From assembly GCA_046155505.1 (NCBI GenBank), contig JBJXFK010000129.1, positions 1 through 55,842 on the forward strand: DNA of 55,842 nucleotides, in the 5' to 3' direction. Positions 38,476 through 47,165 of the stretch are shown here, in pieces. Source of the DNA: Phycisphaerae bacterium. GTDB lineage: Bacteria; Planctomycetota; Phycisphaerae; UBA1845; Fen-1342. The notes below the pieces were generated by a model, which searched no databases, had not been told where the DNA came from, and saw only the letters and a list, made by a program, of their open reading frames with translations. A program made the translations under genes and the position numbers. Each line of letters starts with the position of its first letter. The first letter of the stretch is position 1.

Positions 38476-39573
38476 CTACTCCCGCGCAACTTGGCCGCAT
38501 TCCAAGTCCAGCAATCGCTGCTTACGCCACAAGCCGCCGCCATAGCCGGTGAGTTGCCCATTCGACCCGATCACACGATGGCACGGAATCAAGATCGCGA
38601 TGCGGTTGTCGCCATTCGCCGCCGCCACGGCGCGCACCGCCGAGCGCTGCCCGATCGCCGCCGCCACCTGTGCATAGCTGCGCGTCTCGCCGTACCCGAT
38701 CGCCCGCAGCTCGCGCCACACCCGCTCCTGAAATGGTGTACCGCATGTCACGAGTGGCGTTTCGAATTCGCTGCGCTTGCCGTCGAAATACTCGGCCAAC
38801 TCGTGCTCAACTTGCCGAATCACCGTGTGATCGCCCGCCACGACTGGCCGCCCGAGCCGCGAGCGCACCCGCACAATGTTCGTCGCCAGCATCCGCCGAT
38901 CCACAAACTCCAGCAGCGCCAGCCCCTCATCGCACGCGATCGCCAGCATCGACCCCAGCGGCGTGCTCAGCCACCGCGCCACCAGCGGCGTAAGCCCGCG
39001 CCGCGCGGCCTCGCCTGGCGTCGTGCCAAATAGCTCCTCCACCGCCTTGCGCAACCCGCTTTCCGAATCAAACCCGCCGCTGCCCACCGCGCTGGTCACC
39101 GCCGCTCCGTCGCGCAGCGCGAGCAGCGCCTGTCCGACGCGCTGCGCCCGCGACAGACCTTGCAGCGTCGCACCCAATCGGTCCTTGAAGAATCGCGACG
39201 CGGTCGAGGGGTGTACGCCGACGCGGCGAATGTCGTCGCTGGTCAATACTCGCATGGGTTCTCCGATCAAGATTTCGAGCAGCCGCCGCGCCCAGCGCGG
39301 AGCCGAATTGGGCGGATCAAGCGGGCGACAACGCATGCATGGCCGGAAGCCGCGCAGCAGCGCCTCGCGCGTCGATTGATAGAACTCGCAGTTTCGCCGC
39401 TGCGGCACGCGGGCCGGGCAACCCGGACGACAGAACACGCCGGTGGTCTTCACCCCGACCAGGAACGCGCCGGCGAGCGACGCATCGCGCCGCCGAACCG
39501 CGGCATACATCGCGCCGGGCGTCAGCCGCCCTTTGTCGTACGAACGCGGGTCATGTGCGATCGGCGTCATCAT
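38476..39573 (-). CDS. ada: bifunctional Ada-like methylphosphotriester/O6-methylguanine-DNA methyltransferase with AraC HTH
   Basis: N-terminal FCRPGCPARVPQRRNCEFYQSTREALLRGFRPCMRC (Ada Zn site); C-terminal PCHRVIGSNGQLTGYGGGLWRKQRLLDLE (MGMT active site). Confidence 0.8.
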   Translation of the reverse strand: MMTPIAHDPRSYDKGRLTPGAMYAAVRRRDASLAGAFLVGVKTTGVFCRPGCPARVPQRRNCEFYQSTREALLRGFRPCMRCRPLDPPNSAPRWARRLLEILIGEPMRVLTSDDIRRVGVHPSTASRFFKDRLGATLQGLSRAQRVGQALLALRDGAAVTSAVGSGGFDSESGLRKAVEELFGTTPGEAARRGLTPLVARWLSTPLGSMLAIACDEGLALLEFVDRRMLATNIVRVRSRLGRPVVAGDHTVIRQVEHELAEYFDGKRSEFETPLVTCGTPFQERVWRELRAIGYGETRSYAQVAAAIGQRSAVRAVAAANGDNRIAILIPCHRVIGSNGQLTGYGGGLWRKQRLLDLECGQVARE

Positions 39574-39667
39574 GGTTGCAGTCTGCCACGCGGCAGGAAT
39601 TGCGGCTACAGCGCCGTTGACGTCAATGTCAGATTCGTGATAGACGAACTGTGCGCTGGGGGACCGG

Positions 39668-39748
39668 TGTCCTGGCCGGTCTTTCTTCAATTCGCATTTC
39701 ATTCAAGAAGAAAGACCGACCGGAGGTCGGTCCCCTAGGGCGAACGAT
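39668..39748. terminator. long imperfect hairpin, second copy of the gaccggtc hairpin family, downstream of moaB
   Basis: gggggaccggtgtcctggccggtctttcttcaattcgcat...gaagaaagaccgaccggaggtcggtcccc. Confidence 0.45.
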
Positions 39749-39749
39749 T

Positions 39750-39789
39750 CACTAGGCACTAGACACTCGGCACTAGGCACTATCCACTC
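39750..39789. repeat. heptamer tandem repeat (ggcacta-type) abutting the moaB stop
   Basis: cactaggcactagacactcggcactaggcactatccactc. Confidence 0.5.
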
Positions 39790-40264
39790 AATGCGGCTTC
39801 TCGCCGCGCAAAAACTGACACGCATGTCGCATCGCCGGCGTCAGCCAATCCAAGCATTCGCGCACGCCTTTCGTCGCTCCCGGCAGCCACACGACCAGCG
39901 TCCTGCCCGCGATCCCCGCTCCGCCGCGCGACAAAATGGACATCGCGGTTCGCTCAAATGCGTTCATCCGCATGATTTCGCCAAACCCCGGTAACGGTCG
40001 CTTAATCAGCGGCTCGATCGCCTCGGGCGTCACGTCGCGCTCGGCCACGCCTGTGCCGCCGGTGGTGATGATCAGCTCGCATCGCCCCAGCCATGCGGTC
40101 ACAACGCCGCGAATGCGATCGACGTCGTCCGGCACCGTCTCGCGATGCACCAGCACGCCATCGAGCGCGTGCAAATGCTCGATGATCGCCGGACCGCTCT
40201 TGTCGTCGGCAGTGCCGGCGGCACAGCGATCGGAAATCGTCAGGACCATGACGCGATTGCTCAT
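39788..40264 (-). CDS. moaB: molybdenum cofactor biosynthesis protein MogA/MoaB family
   Basis: VLTISDRCAAGTADDKSGPAII...IITTGGTGVAERDVTPEA typical MoaB/MogA fold motifs. Confidence 0.75.
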   Translation of the reverse strand: MSNRVMVLTISDRCAAGTADDKSGPAIIEHLHALDGVLVHRETVPDDVDRIRGVVTAWLGRCELIITTGGTGVAERDVTPEAIEPLIKRPLPGFGEIMRMNAFERTAMSILSRGGAGIAGRTLVVWLPGATKGVRECLDWLTPAMRHACQFLRGEKPH

Positions 40265-40328
40265 TCACGCCAGTTTAGCGGGCAAGCGACCAATTCGTCG
40301 CGTCGATTTGGCCGATAGAAACGGCACG

Positions 40329-41273
40329 ATGAGACCCTGCGGAATCATGTTCCATCACTTCCACGGCGGCCGCCACACGGCCGGCCAGGGGTCGATTTCG
40401 GCCGACGAACTGACGGCGATGATCGAATCCATCGGCACTGAGCGCATCCTTTGCGCCCGCGAATTCCTGCAACGGGCCGAACGCGGCACGTTGCGCGACG
40501 ACAGCGTCTGCCTGACGTTCGATGACAACCTGAAATGCCAATTCGACATCGCTCGCCCCGTGCTCGCGCGCTTTCGATTGACCGCGTTCTGGTTTATCGC
40601 GACCGGCGTGTTTCGTGGTCGCCCGCAACCAGTGGAACTGCACCGCACATTTCGTGAGCGACACTTCGCCAGCATCGACGATTTTTACGGCGTGTTCGAC
40701 CTCGCCTGGCAGGCGTCGCCGCACGCCGCACACATTCAGCAGCGGCTCGCGAATTTCGATCCGCAATCATTTCTCAGCGAGTTTCCGTTCTACACGCTTG
40801 CCGATCGCCGCTACCGCTACATTCGCGACGAGATTCTGGGCGGCGCAGCGGCGACCGAAATTATTGACCAGATGATGCGTGACGCGCACGTCGATGCGAG
40901 TGCGCTCGCCGCCGATCTGTGGATGTCGCCCGAGCAAGTCTGCTCGCTGCATAGCGACGGCCACGTCATCGGCCTGCACACGCACACGCACCCGACGCGC
41001 GTCGCGTACCTCTCGCCCGCGGAGCAGGAGCGCGAGTATCGCGACAATTACATGCAGCTCATGGAACTGCTGGCCGAGCCGATTCGCGTGATGTCGCACC
41101 CGTGCAACTCGTATAGCGAGACGACGCTCGCGGTGCTGCGAAAACTCGGCATCGCGCTCGGCTTTCGCTCGAACATGGAGCTCTCGTCGCACGGCCCGCT
41201 CGAATTCCCGCGCGAGGATCACGCCAACGTTTTCGCCCGCATGCAAAAGGCCGCGACGGAAGAACGCCTGTGA
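40329..41273 (+). CDS. polysaccharide deacetylase-family protein
   Basis: VCLTFDDNLKCQFDIARPVLARF (NodB motif 1 TFDD), HTHTHP His motif. Confidence 0.7.
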   Translation: MRPCGIMFHHFHGGRHTAGQGSISADELTAMIESIGTERILCAREFLQRAERGTLRDDSVCLTFDDNLKCQFDIARPVLARFRLTAFWFIATGVFRGRPQPVELHRTFRERHFASIDDFYGVFDLAWQASPHAAHIQQRLANFDPQSFLSEFPFYTLADRRYRYIRDEILGGAAATEIIDQMMRDAHVDASALAADLWMSPEQVCSLHSDGHVIGLHTHTHPTRVAYLSPAEQEREYRDNYMQLMELLAEPIRVMSHPCNSYSETTLAVLRKLGIALGFRSNMELSSHGPLEFPREDHANVFARMQKAATEERL

Positions 41274-42262
41274 CACGCCGCATTACCGTGTTTACGAGCA
41301 ACCAGCCGCGCCACATCGCGCTGATCGAATCGCTCGCGAGTGTGTGCGACGAGGTGTATGTGGTGCAGGAATGCACGACCGTGCTTCCGGGGCGGGTCGA
41401 TGATTTCTATCGCAAGTCCGAGGTGATGCAGCGCTATTTTCAGCGTGTGATCGCCGCCGAGGCGGAAGCATTCGGTGCCCCGCGCTTTCCTGGGTGGAAC
41501 GGGCATCGTGCCCGCGCGTTGAATGACTCCGATGTGGGCGGGCAGAATGCCCGCCCCACCCGCGTCCATCAGCTTGCGCTACGCATGGGCGATCTCAGCC
41601 TGCTCGATCTCCACACGCTCGGTCCCGCGCTCGCCGCCGATCTATTTGTCGTCTTCGGCGCGAGCTACATCCGCGGCCCACTCTGCGAGCTGCTCGTCAA
41701 ACGCCGCGCCGTCAATATTCACATGGGTGTCTCGCCCTACTATCGCGGCAGCTCGACCAACTTCTGGGCATTGCACGATCGGCGACCCGGCATGGTCGGG
41801 GCGACGATTCACCTTCTCACCGCCGGTCTCGACAGCGGGCCGATCCTGTTTCATGCATTGCCCGCACCCGAGCCGATCGATCCGTTCCTGCTCGGCATGA
41901 AAGCCGTAGAGGCTGCACACAGCGCGCTGGTCGACGCGATCGCGACTGGCGAGATCGACTCGCTGGACGGCGTCGAGCAGGACAAGCGCCTGCAATATCG
42001 CTACTCGCGCGCGGCCGAGTTCACCGACGACGTCGCTGCGGCGTATCTCGCGAATCCGCTCTCACCGGGGCAGATCGCGTATTTGCTGACGCAGCGCGAC
42101 CCGGCAGCGTATGTGCGTCCGCGTTTCGCCCGATTGCCGCGCGTCATTCCGTCGCGCGAACGCAAGCCGGTCGAAATCACGCCGGACGTGCTCGATTTTC
42201 TGAATTCGGTCGACGTGGATCTGCCGCCCGAAGTGCTCGCCAACCTCCGCCGCGATGCCTGA
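41270..42262 (+). CDS. formyltransferase-family protein (GTG start, GTGA overlap with the deacetylase gene)
   Basis: NIHMGVSPYYRGSSTNFWAL resembles the formyl-transferase N-terminal-domain motif (NIHpSLLPxxRG); SLLDLHTLGPALAADLFVVFGASYI. Confidence 0.5.
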   Translation: MTRRITVFTSNQPRHIALIESLASVCDEVYVVQECTTVLPGRVDDFYRKSEVMQRYFQRVIAAEAEAFGAPRFPGWNGHRARALNDSDVGGQNARPTRVHQLALRMGDLSLLDLHTLGPALAADLFVVFGASYIRGPLCELLVKRRAVNIHMGVSPYYRGSSTNFWALHDRRPGMVGATIHLLTAGLDSGPILFHALPAPEPIDPFLLGMKAVEAAHSALVDAIATGEIDSLDGVEQDKRLQYRYSRAAEFTDDVAAAYLANPLSPGQIAYLLTQRDPAAYVRPRFARLPRVIPSRERKPVEITPDVLDFLNSVDVDLPPEVLANLRRDA

Positions 42263-42534
42263 AAGTTTTTGCCGCGCGAGCCGCTAGTCTATTGCCTCAA
42301 GGGAGCCGTGCGTTTCCATGGTGGGGCGCATCTGCCTCCAGCCGGTGCACGATCAATTCGCACTGATAGGAGGCAGATGCTCCCCGTCAAGTCAGCGTTG
42401 CCGGAGCACCAAGTCTTCGCGCGAACGAGCCTGGAGACCTCGCTTGCGCGTTCGGGATTGGTTTGTTGCTTCGGTCCAACATCGCGCCGAAGTCGTGGGT
42501 CACAACCGAGTGCGTTCACTTCGGCGTTGGCACG

Positions 42535-43329
42535 TCACGTCGTGCAAACGCGGCGTCGGAAGATGATCGCTGCGCCCGAAAGCAGCGTGATCGTCGTCGG
42601 CTCCGGAACGGGTTGCCAGCGAATGTCGAACGAGAACGAGTTGCCGCTGGGGTTGCCGACCGACGTTGTGCGTCCACGGATCGTTGCGAACAGAATTGGG
42701 GCCGACTGTGGCGAAGCGTTGATCACCAACGTGCCGGGTTGCGGGAACGTCAGTGGGTTGATCTCAAAGGTGAAGCGACCGAGGACAGTGTTGTTGAGGG
42801 GTGCGAATTCGGTGTCGAACCAAGCGAGCGGAATTTCGATGCCCTGCGAGGCAAGGCCGCGAATGCGGGTATCGTTCGATACAACGGTGCCGGGAGCGAT
42901 CGACACATCAGTCGTGAATCGCGGCCCGGGTCGGGTAAGAAACGTGTTGTACATGCGCGCATTGAGCTGGTTCTCCGGCGTGTTGACGAGTCCCGGCGTA
43001 AGCAAGTTGTGTACGTACGTCAGTGGATCGTTGGGATCCTCGCGCGTGTGATCGCGATACAGAATGCGTTGATCGCTGGCGTGCCAGACGCGCCCGCGAA
43101 AGGCGTCGGCCACGTCCACGCTGATTTCTGAACCCGTCCAGTCCGCCGCACCGGTGTTCCCGCGGAGGTCGTAGGTGAAATGGGTGACGCCGCGCTGGAA
43201 AGTCGCGATGTCGGCCCCAGTGGTCGGGACGGTGGTGTTTTCTTCGAGCGTGGTGGTTTGGGCAATGGCGAGCGTGGCGGCGGCGAGCAGGAATGCGGGG
43301 ACGGCGGCGAATCTGATGCCGGTGTTCAT
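42535..43329 (-). CDS. PEP-CTERM sorting-domain protein (paralog 2)
   Basis: Signal peptide MNTGIRFAAVPAFLLAAATLAIAQ; WHASDQRI, IPLAWFD and IRGR motifs shared with 27400..28227; C-terminal VPEPTTITLLSGAAIIFRRR; SD aaggag. Confidence 0.7.
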   Translation of the reverse strand: MNTGIRFAAVPAFLLAAATLAIAQTTTLEENTTVPTTGADIATFQRGVTHFTYDLRGNTGAADWTGSEISVDVADAFRGRVWHASDQRILYRDHTREDPNDPLTYVHNLLTPGLVNTPENQLNARMYNTFLTRPGPRFTTDVSIAPGTVVSNDTRIRGLASQGIEIPLAWFDTEFAPLNNTVLGRFTFEINPLTFPQPGTLVINASPQSAPILFATIRGRTTSVGNPSGNSFSFDIRWQPVPEPTTITLLSGAAIIFRRRVCTT

Positions 43330-43558
43330 TCGCTTACTCCTTGTGAATGAAGCGTTTCCGATTCGTACGACGCGAACCCATGCGAACCGATGCGGTATTC
43401 GGACGTGATCCTGTCAAATCCTATGACGCACAGATGACGAAAGTCCACCAACGCTGCCGCAAATTGGAAATGCCTCGGCGTCAGCGGTACGCTTCGCACG
43501 GGTTGGCGTGGCTGCGGGGGTTCAAACGCCCCGCGATCGCCCATTCGGAAGTGGGTAC

Positions 43559-44929
43559 ATGCTCGATGCCTGGTCCAAGCCGCGCGGCAGAAGCTCGCGG
43601 CTGCGGGCGGAACACCTGCTGGTCATCACCTTCGCCGGCCTGATCCTGGGCGGGGCGATTTTGCTTCGACTGCCGTTTTGTTCGGCGGCGGAACAGGTTT
43701 CATTTCTCGATTGCCTTTTTACCGCGACTTCGGCGGTGTGCGTGACCGGGCTGACCACGGTCGATACCGGCACGCGCTGGACCATGGCGGGACATGTCGT
43801 CATCTTGATTTTGATTCAGCTTGGCGGCCTCGGAATCATGACGTTCGCCGCCGCCGCGTTTCAGCTTTTTCGAGCGCGGCTCTCGCTCACGTCCGACGAT
43901 GCGCTGCAGGGGTCGTTCTTTCATGACGAGACCGGTCGCGGCGAGGCACCGTTCTGGCGCATCGTGAAACTCACGCTGGCGATCGAGGTGGTTGGCGCGA
44001 TCATCATCTACGTATCGCTCGCGCGCGGCGGCGAAGTACATGCGACCTGGTTCGAGGCGCTGTTTCTGTCGATCTCGGCGTATTGCAACGCCGGGTTCGC
44101 GACATTTAGCAGCAATGCCGTGGCGCTGCGCGAGAACTTCGTCGCGCTGATCATGATCATGTTCCTGATTATCGCCGGCGGCATCGGCTATTCGGTGCTG
44201 TTCGAGTCGGTGGATCGGTTTCGCGCGTGGTGGCGCAAGCGGCGACACACGCCGCTGCTCTGGTCGCTGAATACTCGTGTCGTGATTCTGGTCAGCGCAG
44301 TGCTGTGCGTGGGCGGCGGCGCGGTGATGGTGCTGACCGGCATGACCGGGGACGAGGACACGTTCTACGAGCGAACGTTGCACGCTGTTTTTCAATCGGT
44401 GAGCGCACGGACCGCGGGATTCAACTCGGTGAACGTGGAAATGCTGCCGTTGCCGACGATCTTGATTCTGATCGCGCTGATGTTCATCGGCGGGTCGCCG
44501 GGATCGTGCGCGGGCGGTATCAAGACCACTTCGTTCGCGGTCGGCGTGGCCAGCGCGTTTTCGGGCACGACCGGCAGCGACGATTTGACACTGTTCGGTC
44601 GCCGCATTCCGCAGGACGTGATTCAGCGAACGAGTCTGGTCATCGGGCTGGCGGCGCTCTGGCAGATTTTGGGTGTGATGATTTTGACGCTCACCGAGCG
44701 CATCGGCGGCGACGTGCGATTCGAGCATCTCGTGTTCGAGCAAGTGTCGGCGTTCAACACGGTGGGTCTGTCGATGAACTTTTCGCCGAAGCTGTCGCCG
44801 GCGGGGAAGATCTGGATCATGCTTTCGATGTTCGCGGGCCGCGTGGGGCCGTTGACGATTGGTTTGGCGGTGTTGAAGCGACAGCAGGCGCGGTTCCAGT
44901 ATCCGGTCGAGCGGGTGATGATCGGCTGA
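43559..44929 (+). CDS. trkH: TrkH/KtrB-family potassium uptake membrane protein
   Basis: Repeated selectivity-filter-like segments TAVCVTGLTTVDT, YCNAGFATFS, SARTAGFNSV, AFNTVGLSMN. Confidence 0.8.
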   Translation: MLDAWSKPRGRSSRLRAEHLLVITFAGLILGGAILLRLPFCSAAEQVSFLDCLFTATSAVCVTGLTTVDTGTRWTMAGHVVILILIQLGGLGIMTFAAAAFQLFRARLSLTSDDALQGSFFHDETGRGEAPFWRIVKLTLAIEVVGAIIIYVSLARGGEVHATWFEALFLSISAYCNAGFATFSSNAVALRENFVALIMIMFLIIAGGIGYSVLFESVDRFRAWWRKRRHTPLLWSLNTRVVILVSAVLCVGGGAVMVLTGMTGDEDTFYERTLHAVFQSVSARTAGFNSVNVEMLPLPTILILIALMFIGGSPGSCAGGIKTTSFAVGVASAFSGTTGSDDLTLFGRRIPQDVIQRTSLVIGLAALWQILGVMILTLTERIGGDVRFEHLVFEQVSAFNTVGLSMNFSPKLSPAGKIWIMLSMFAGRVGPLTIGLAVLKRQQARFQYPVERVMIG

Positions 44930-44972
44930 TCGCGAGTCTGGTGTATCGACAGCACTGTTGAGGTTCCCGGAA

Positions 44973-45035
44973 GGGGAGCATCGGCCTCCGGCCGGTGCGA
45001 ATTCGGTACGCATCGGCCGGAGGCCGACGCTCCCC
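44973..45035. repeat. GC-rich hairpin element (22-bp stem, loop containing gcgaattc), family of 26282..26312
   Basis: ggggagcatcggcctccggccg-gtgcgaattcggtacgcat-cggccggaggccgacgctcccc between trkH and trkA. Confidence 0.6.
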
Positions 45036-45083
45036 AGTGTCGAGAGTCCGCGCTTTTACTAGCGACTTGCGTTTACGAGGAAA

Positions 45084-45752
45084 GTGGCCATGAAGCAGGT
45101 AGCGGTGATCGGGCTGGGGCAATTCGGCATGCACCTGGCGCGCACGCTGGTAAACATGGGTTGTGAGGTGATCGCGATCGACCTAAACGAGGATCGCGTG
45201 AACGACATTCGCGATCATGTGCATCGCGCGATCATCGGCGACGCGCGCGATTTTCAGATGCTCAAGCGGGCGCTCGCGGGCAAGGTCGATGAAGCGGTGG
45301 TCGGCCTGGGCGAGGGCAACATCGAGCCGAGCATCCTATGCACGCTGAATCTGAAACGCATTGGCATCAAGGCGATTCAATCGACGGCGCGCAACGACGA
45401 CCATGCCGCGATTTTGCACGCGGTCGGCGCGACGGAGGTGATTTTCCCCGAGCGCGATTCGGCGGAACGACTTGCCCGCCATGTCGCGAACCCGGACATT
45501 CGCGATATGTTCAGCTTGGCGGATGACTATCGCATCATGGAGGTGATCGCGCCCGAGCCAATTCACGGTAAGTCGTTGCAGGACTTGAGCCTACGACAAA
45601 ATTACGATCTGCTGGTACTGGCCGTAAAGGAGAAGCAGCAGGAGCGGTTTCAATTTCTGCCAAACCCGGCGACGATCATCCAGCCGGAGGAAACTTTGAT
45701 GATTTTGGGGCGAGAGCTCGACTTGGCCCGGTTTGTGGGCCTGGGCGAGTAG
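45084..45752 (+). CDS. trkA: TrkA/KtrA NAD-binding potassium uptake regulatory protein
   Basis: VAVIGLGQFGMHLARTLVNMGCEVIAIDLNEDRV Rossmann (RCK_N) domain plus RCK_C. Confidence 0.8.
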   Translation: MAMKQVAVIGLGQFGMHLARTLVNMGCEVIAIDLNEDRVNDIRDHVHRAIIGDARDFQMLKRALAGKVDEAVVGLGEGNIEPSILCTLNLKRIGIKAIQSTARNDDHAAILHAVGATEVIFPERDSAERLARHVANPDIRDMFSLADDYRIMEVIAPEPIHGKSLQDLSLRQNYDLLVLAVKEKQQERFQFLPNPATIIQPEETLMILGRELDLARFVGLGE

Positions 45753-45769
45753 GGCCGAAGGTTGAAGGG

Positions 45770-45795
45770 CGAATGCTGAATGCAGAATGCAGAAG
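45770..45795. repeat. heptamer tandem repeat (gaatgca x3) after the trkA stop
   Basis: gaatgctgaatgcagaatgcagaagg. Confidence 0.5.
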
Positions 45796-45839
45796 GCGCG
45801 GCCTCGTCCGCACGTTCCGCAACAGTGGAGCCCTCCGAA

Positions 45840-45892
45840 CTAGGCACTAGCCGCTAGGCACTCGGCACTGAGCACTGAACACTGAGCACTCG
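45840..45892. repeat. heptamer tandem repeat (gcactNN-type)
   Basis: ctaggcactagccgctaggcactcggcactgagcactgaacactgagcactcg. Confidence 0.5.
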
Positions 45893-45963
45893 TCTCAATT
45901 TCGCGGAATTATTTTGACTTGTGAACATCCATGTTGTAGGCTTCAATAGCCAGTCAAGGCCAA

Positions 45964-46485
45964 ATGCCAGTCCTCATCGACGGCAACAATCTGCAACACG
46001 CGGCGTTCGACGCGCAGCCTGAACTGCCCGTCGGTCGCGTCATGATGTGTCAAATCTTGGGCAGTTGGGCGAGCCGTTCGGCGGAGCGGATTACGGTCGT
46101 TTTTGACGGTCCCTCCCCCGAAGGCGATTTGCTTCGACAATTCGGCGATTCGTTCGTAACAGTCAGGTTCTCCGGTCATGGCGTGAGTGCCGACTCGGTG
46201 ATTGCGCAGCTCGTCGAAGGCGATTCTGCGCCGCGACGGCTCGTCGTCGTGTCGACTGATCGCCAGGTGGCCAAGGCTGCCCGGCGGCGCCGCGCGAAAG
46301 CCGAGCGATCGGACGATTTCTGGGCGCGCGTGACGCGTGATCTGGCGCGCCCGCGACCCGAATCGCTGGAACCGCCGGAAAAGCGGCGCGGCGTCAGCGA
46401 TGCCGAGTCGACCGGCGAGTGGATGCGAAAGCTGGGCTTCGACGACAACCCGGCGGACGACGATGATCCGCTGGCCTTTCGATAA
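45964..46485 (+). CDS. YacP-like NYN-domain protein (predicted RNA-binding/ribonuclease)
   Basis: MPVLIDGNNLQHAAF...RITVVFDG...VVVSTDRQV resembles the YacP/Rae1 NYN domain. Confidence 0.55.
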   Translation: MPVLIDGNNLQHAAFDAQPELPVGRVMMCQILGSWASRSAERITVVFDGPSPEGDLLRQFGDSFVTVRFSGHGVSADSVIAQLVEGDSAPRRLVVVSTDRQVAKAARRRRAKAERSDDFWARVTRDLARPRPESLEPPEKRRGVSDAESTGEWMRKLGFDDNPADDDDPLAFR

Positions 46486-46751
46486 GAGAGGGAGAACGGG
46501 GCAAGAGGGAAAGGACTTTCAGATTTCGGGAGGGAAGAGGCAGAGCAAGCAAGCGATCGCCTTCCGGCGCAGAGCGCCGAGGCCGCTGGCGCGGTTCGGA
46601 TCGACGCGACAAAATCGCACGCTGGTTCGCGCGATGCGTCCATACTTCGACACGGCGTCGCCGCGCACCTGGCCGAGGCGCTCTCCGTCGGAGGGCGAGC
46701 GCTTGACTTGCAGTTCTTTCGACAAAGTGAATCGGGCAACGGAGTCTCTAC

Positions 46752-47165
46752 ATGTCGCTTCAGGAAGTTGCGGATGTCGGCGCGATCGGTCGCTCTCCGG
46801 TGGGGATTGCAGAGCAGCGTAGCGCGGATCGACGAATTGTCCCGGGCGATGTCTGGCTGATCGATCATCACTCGTCCGAGGTCATTCAATGCCGCATCGT
46901 CGATGTGTCCGATAGCGGCATTGCGCTGCGCGTGCCGATCGGGTATGGCATCCGGCTCGCGCGTTCGTATGAATTGTGTTCGCGCTTGCAAAGCGCCGCG
47001 ATTCCCCTTGGTCGCGGCATGATCGTCAGCCGCCGCGCAACGGTGGTTCGCACTGACTATCGACGCGGCGGCGGCGATGCAGCGCTGGTCGCGCTGCGCT
47101 ATGAGAGCAGCGACGTGCGGCACACGCCGTACAGCGTGTTCAGTCCACCTTCAATGCCCGTTTGA
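46752..47165 (+). CDS. PilZ-domain protein (putative c-di-GMP receptor)
   Basis: EQRSADRRIVPGD ... IVDVSDSGIALRV fits the RxxxR ... DxSxxG PilZ motifs. Confidence 0.45.
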   Translation: MSLQEVADVGAIGRSPVGIAEQRSADRRIVPGDVWLIDHHSSEVIQCRIVDVSDSGIALRVPIGYGIRLARSYELCSRLQSAAIPLGRGMIVSRRATVVRTDYRRGGGDAALVALRYESSDVRHTPYSVFSPPSMPV

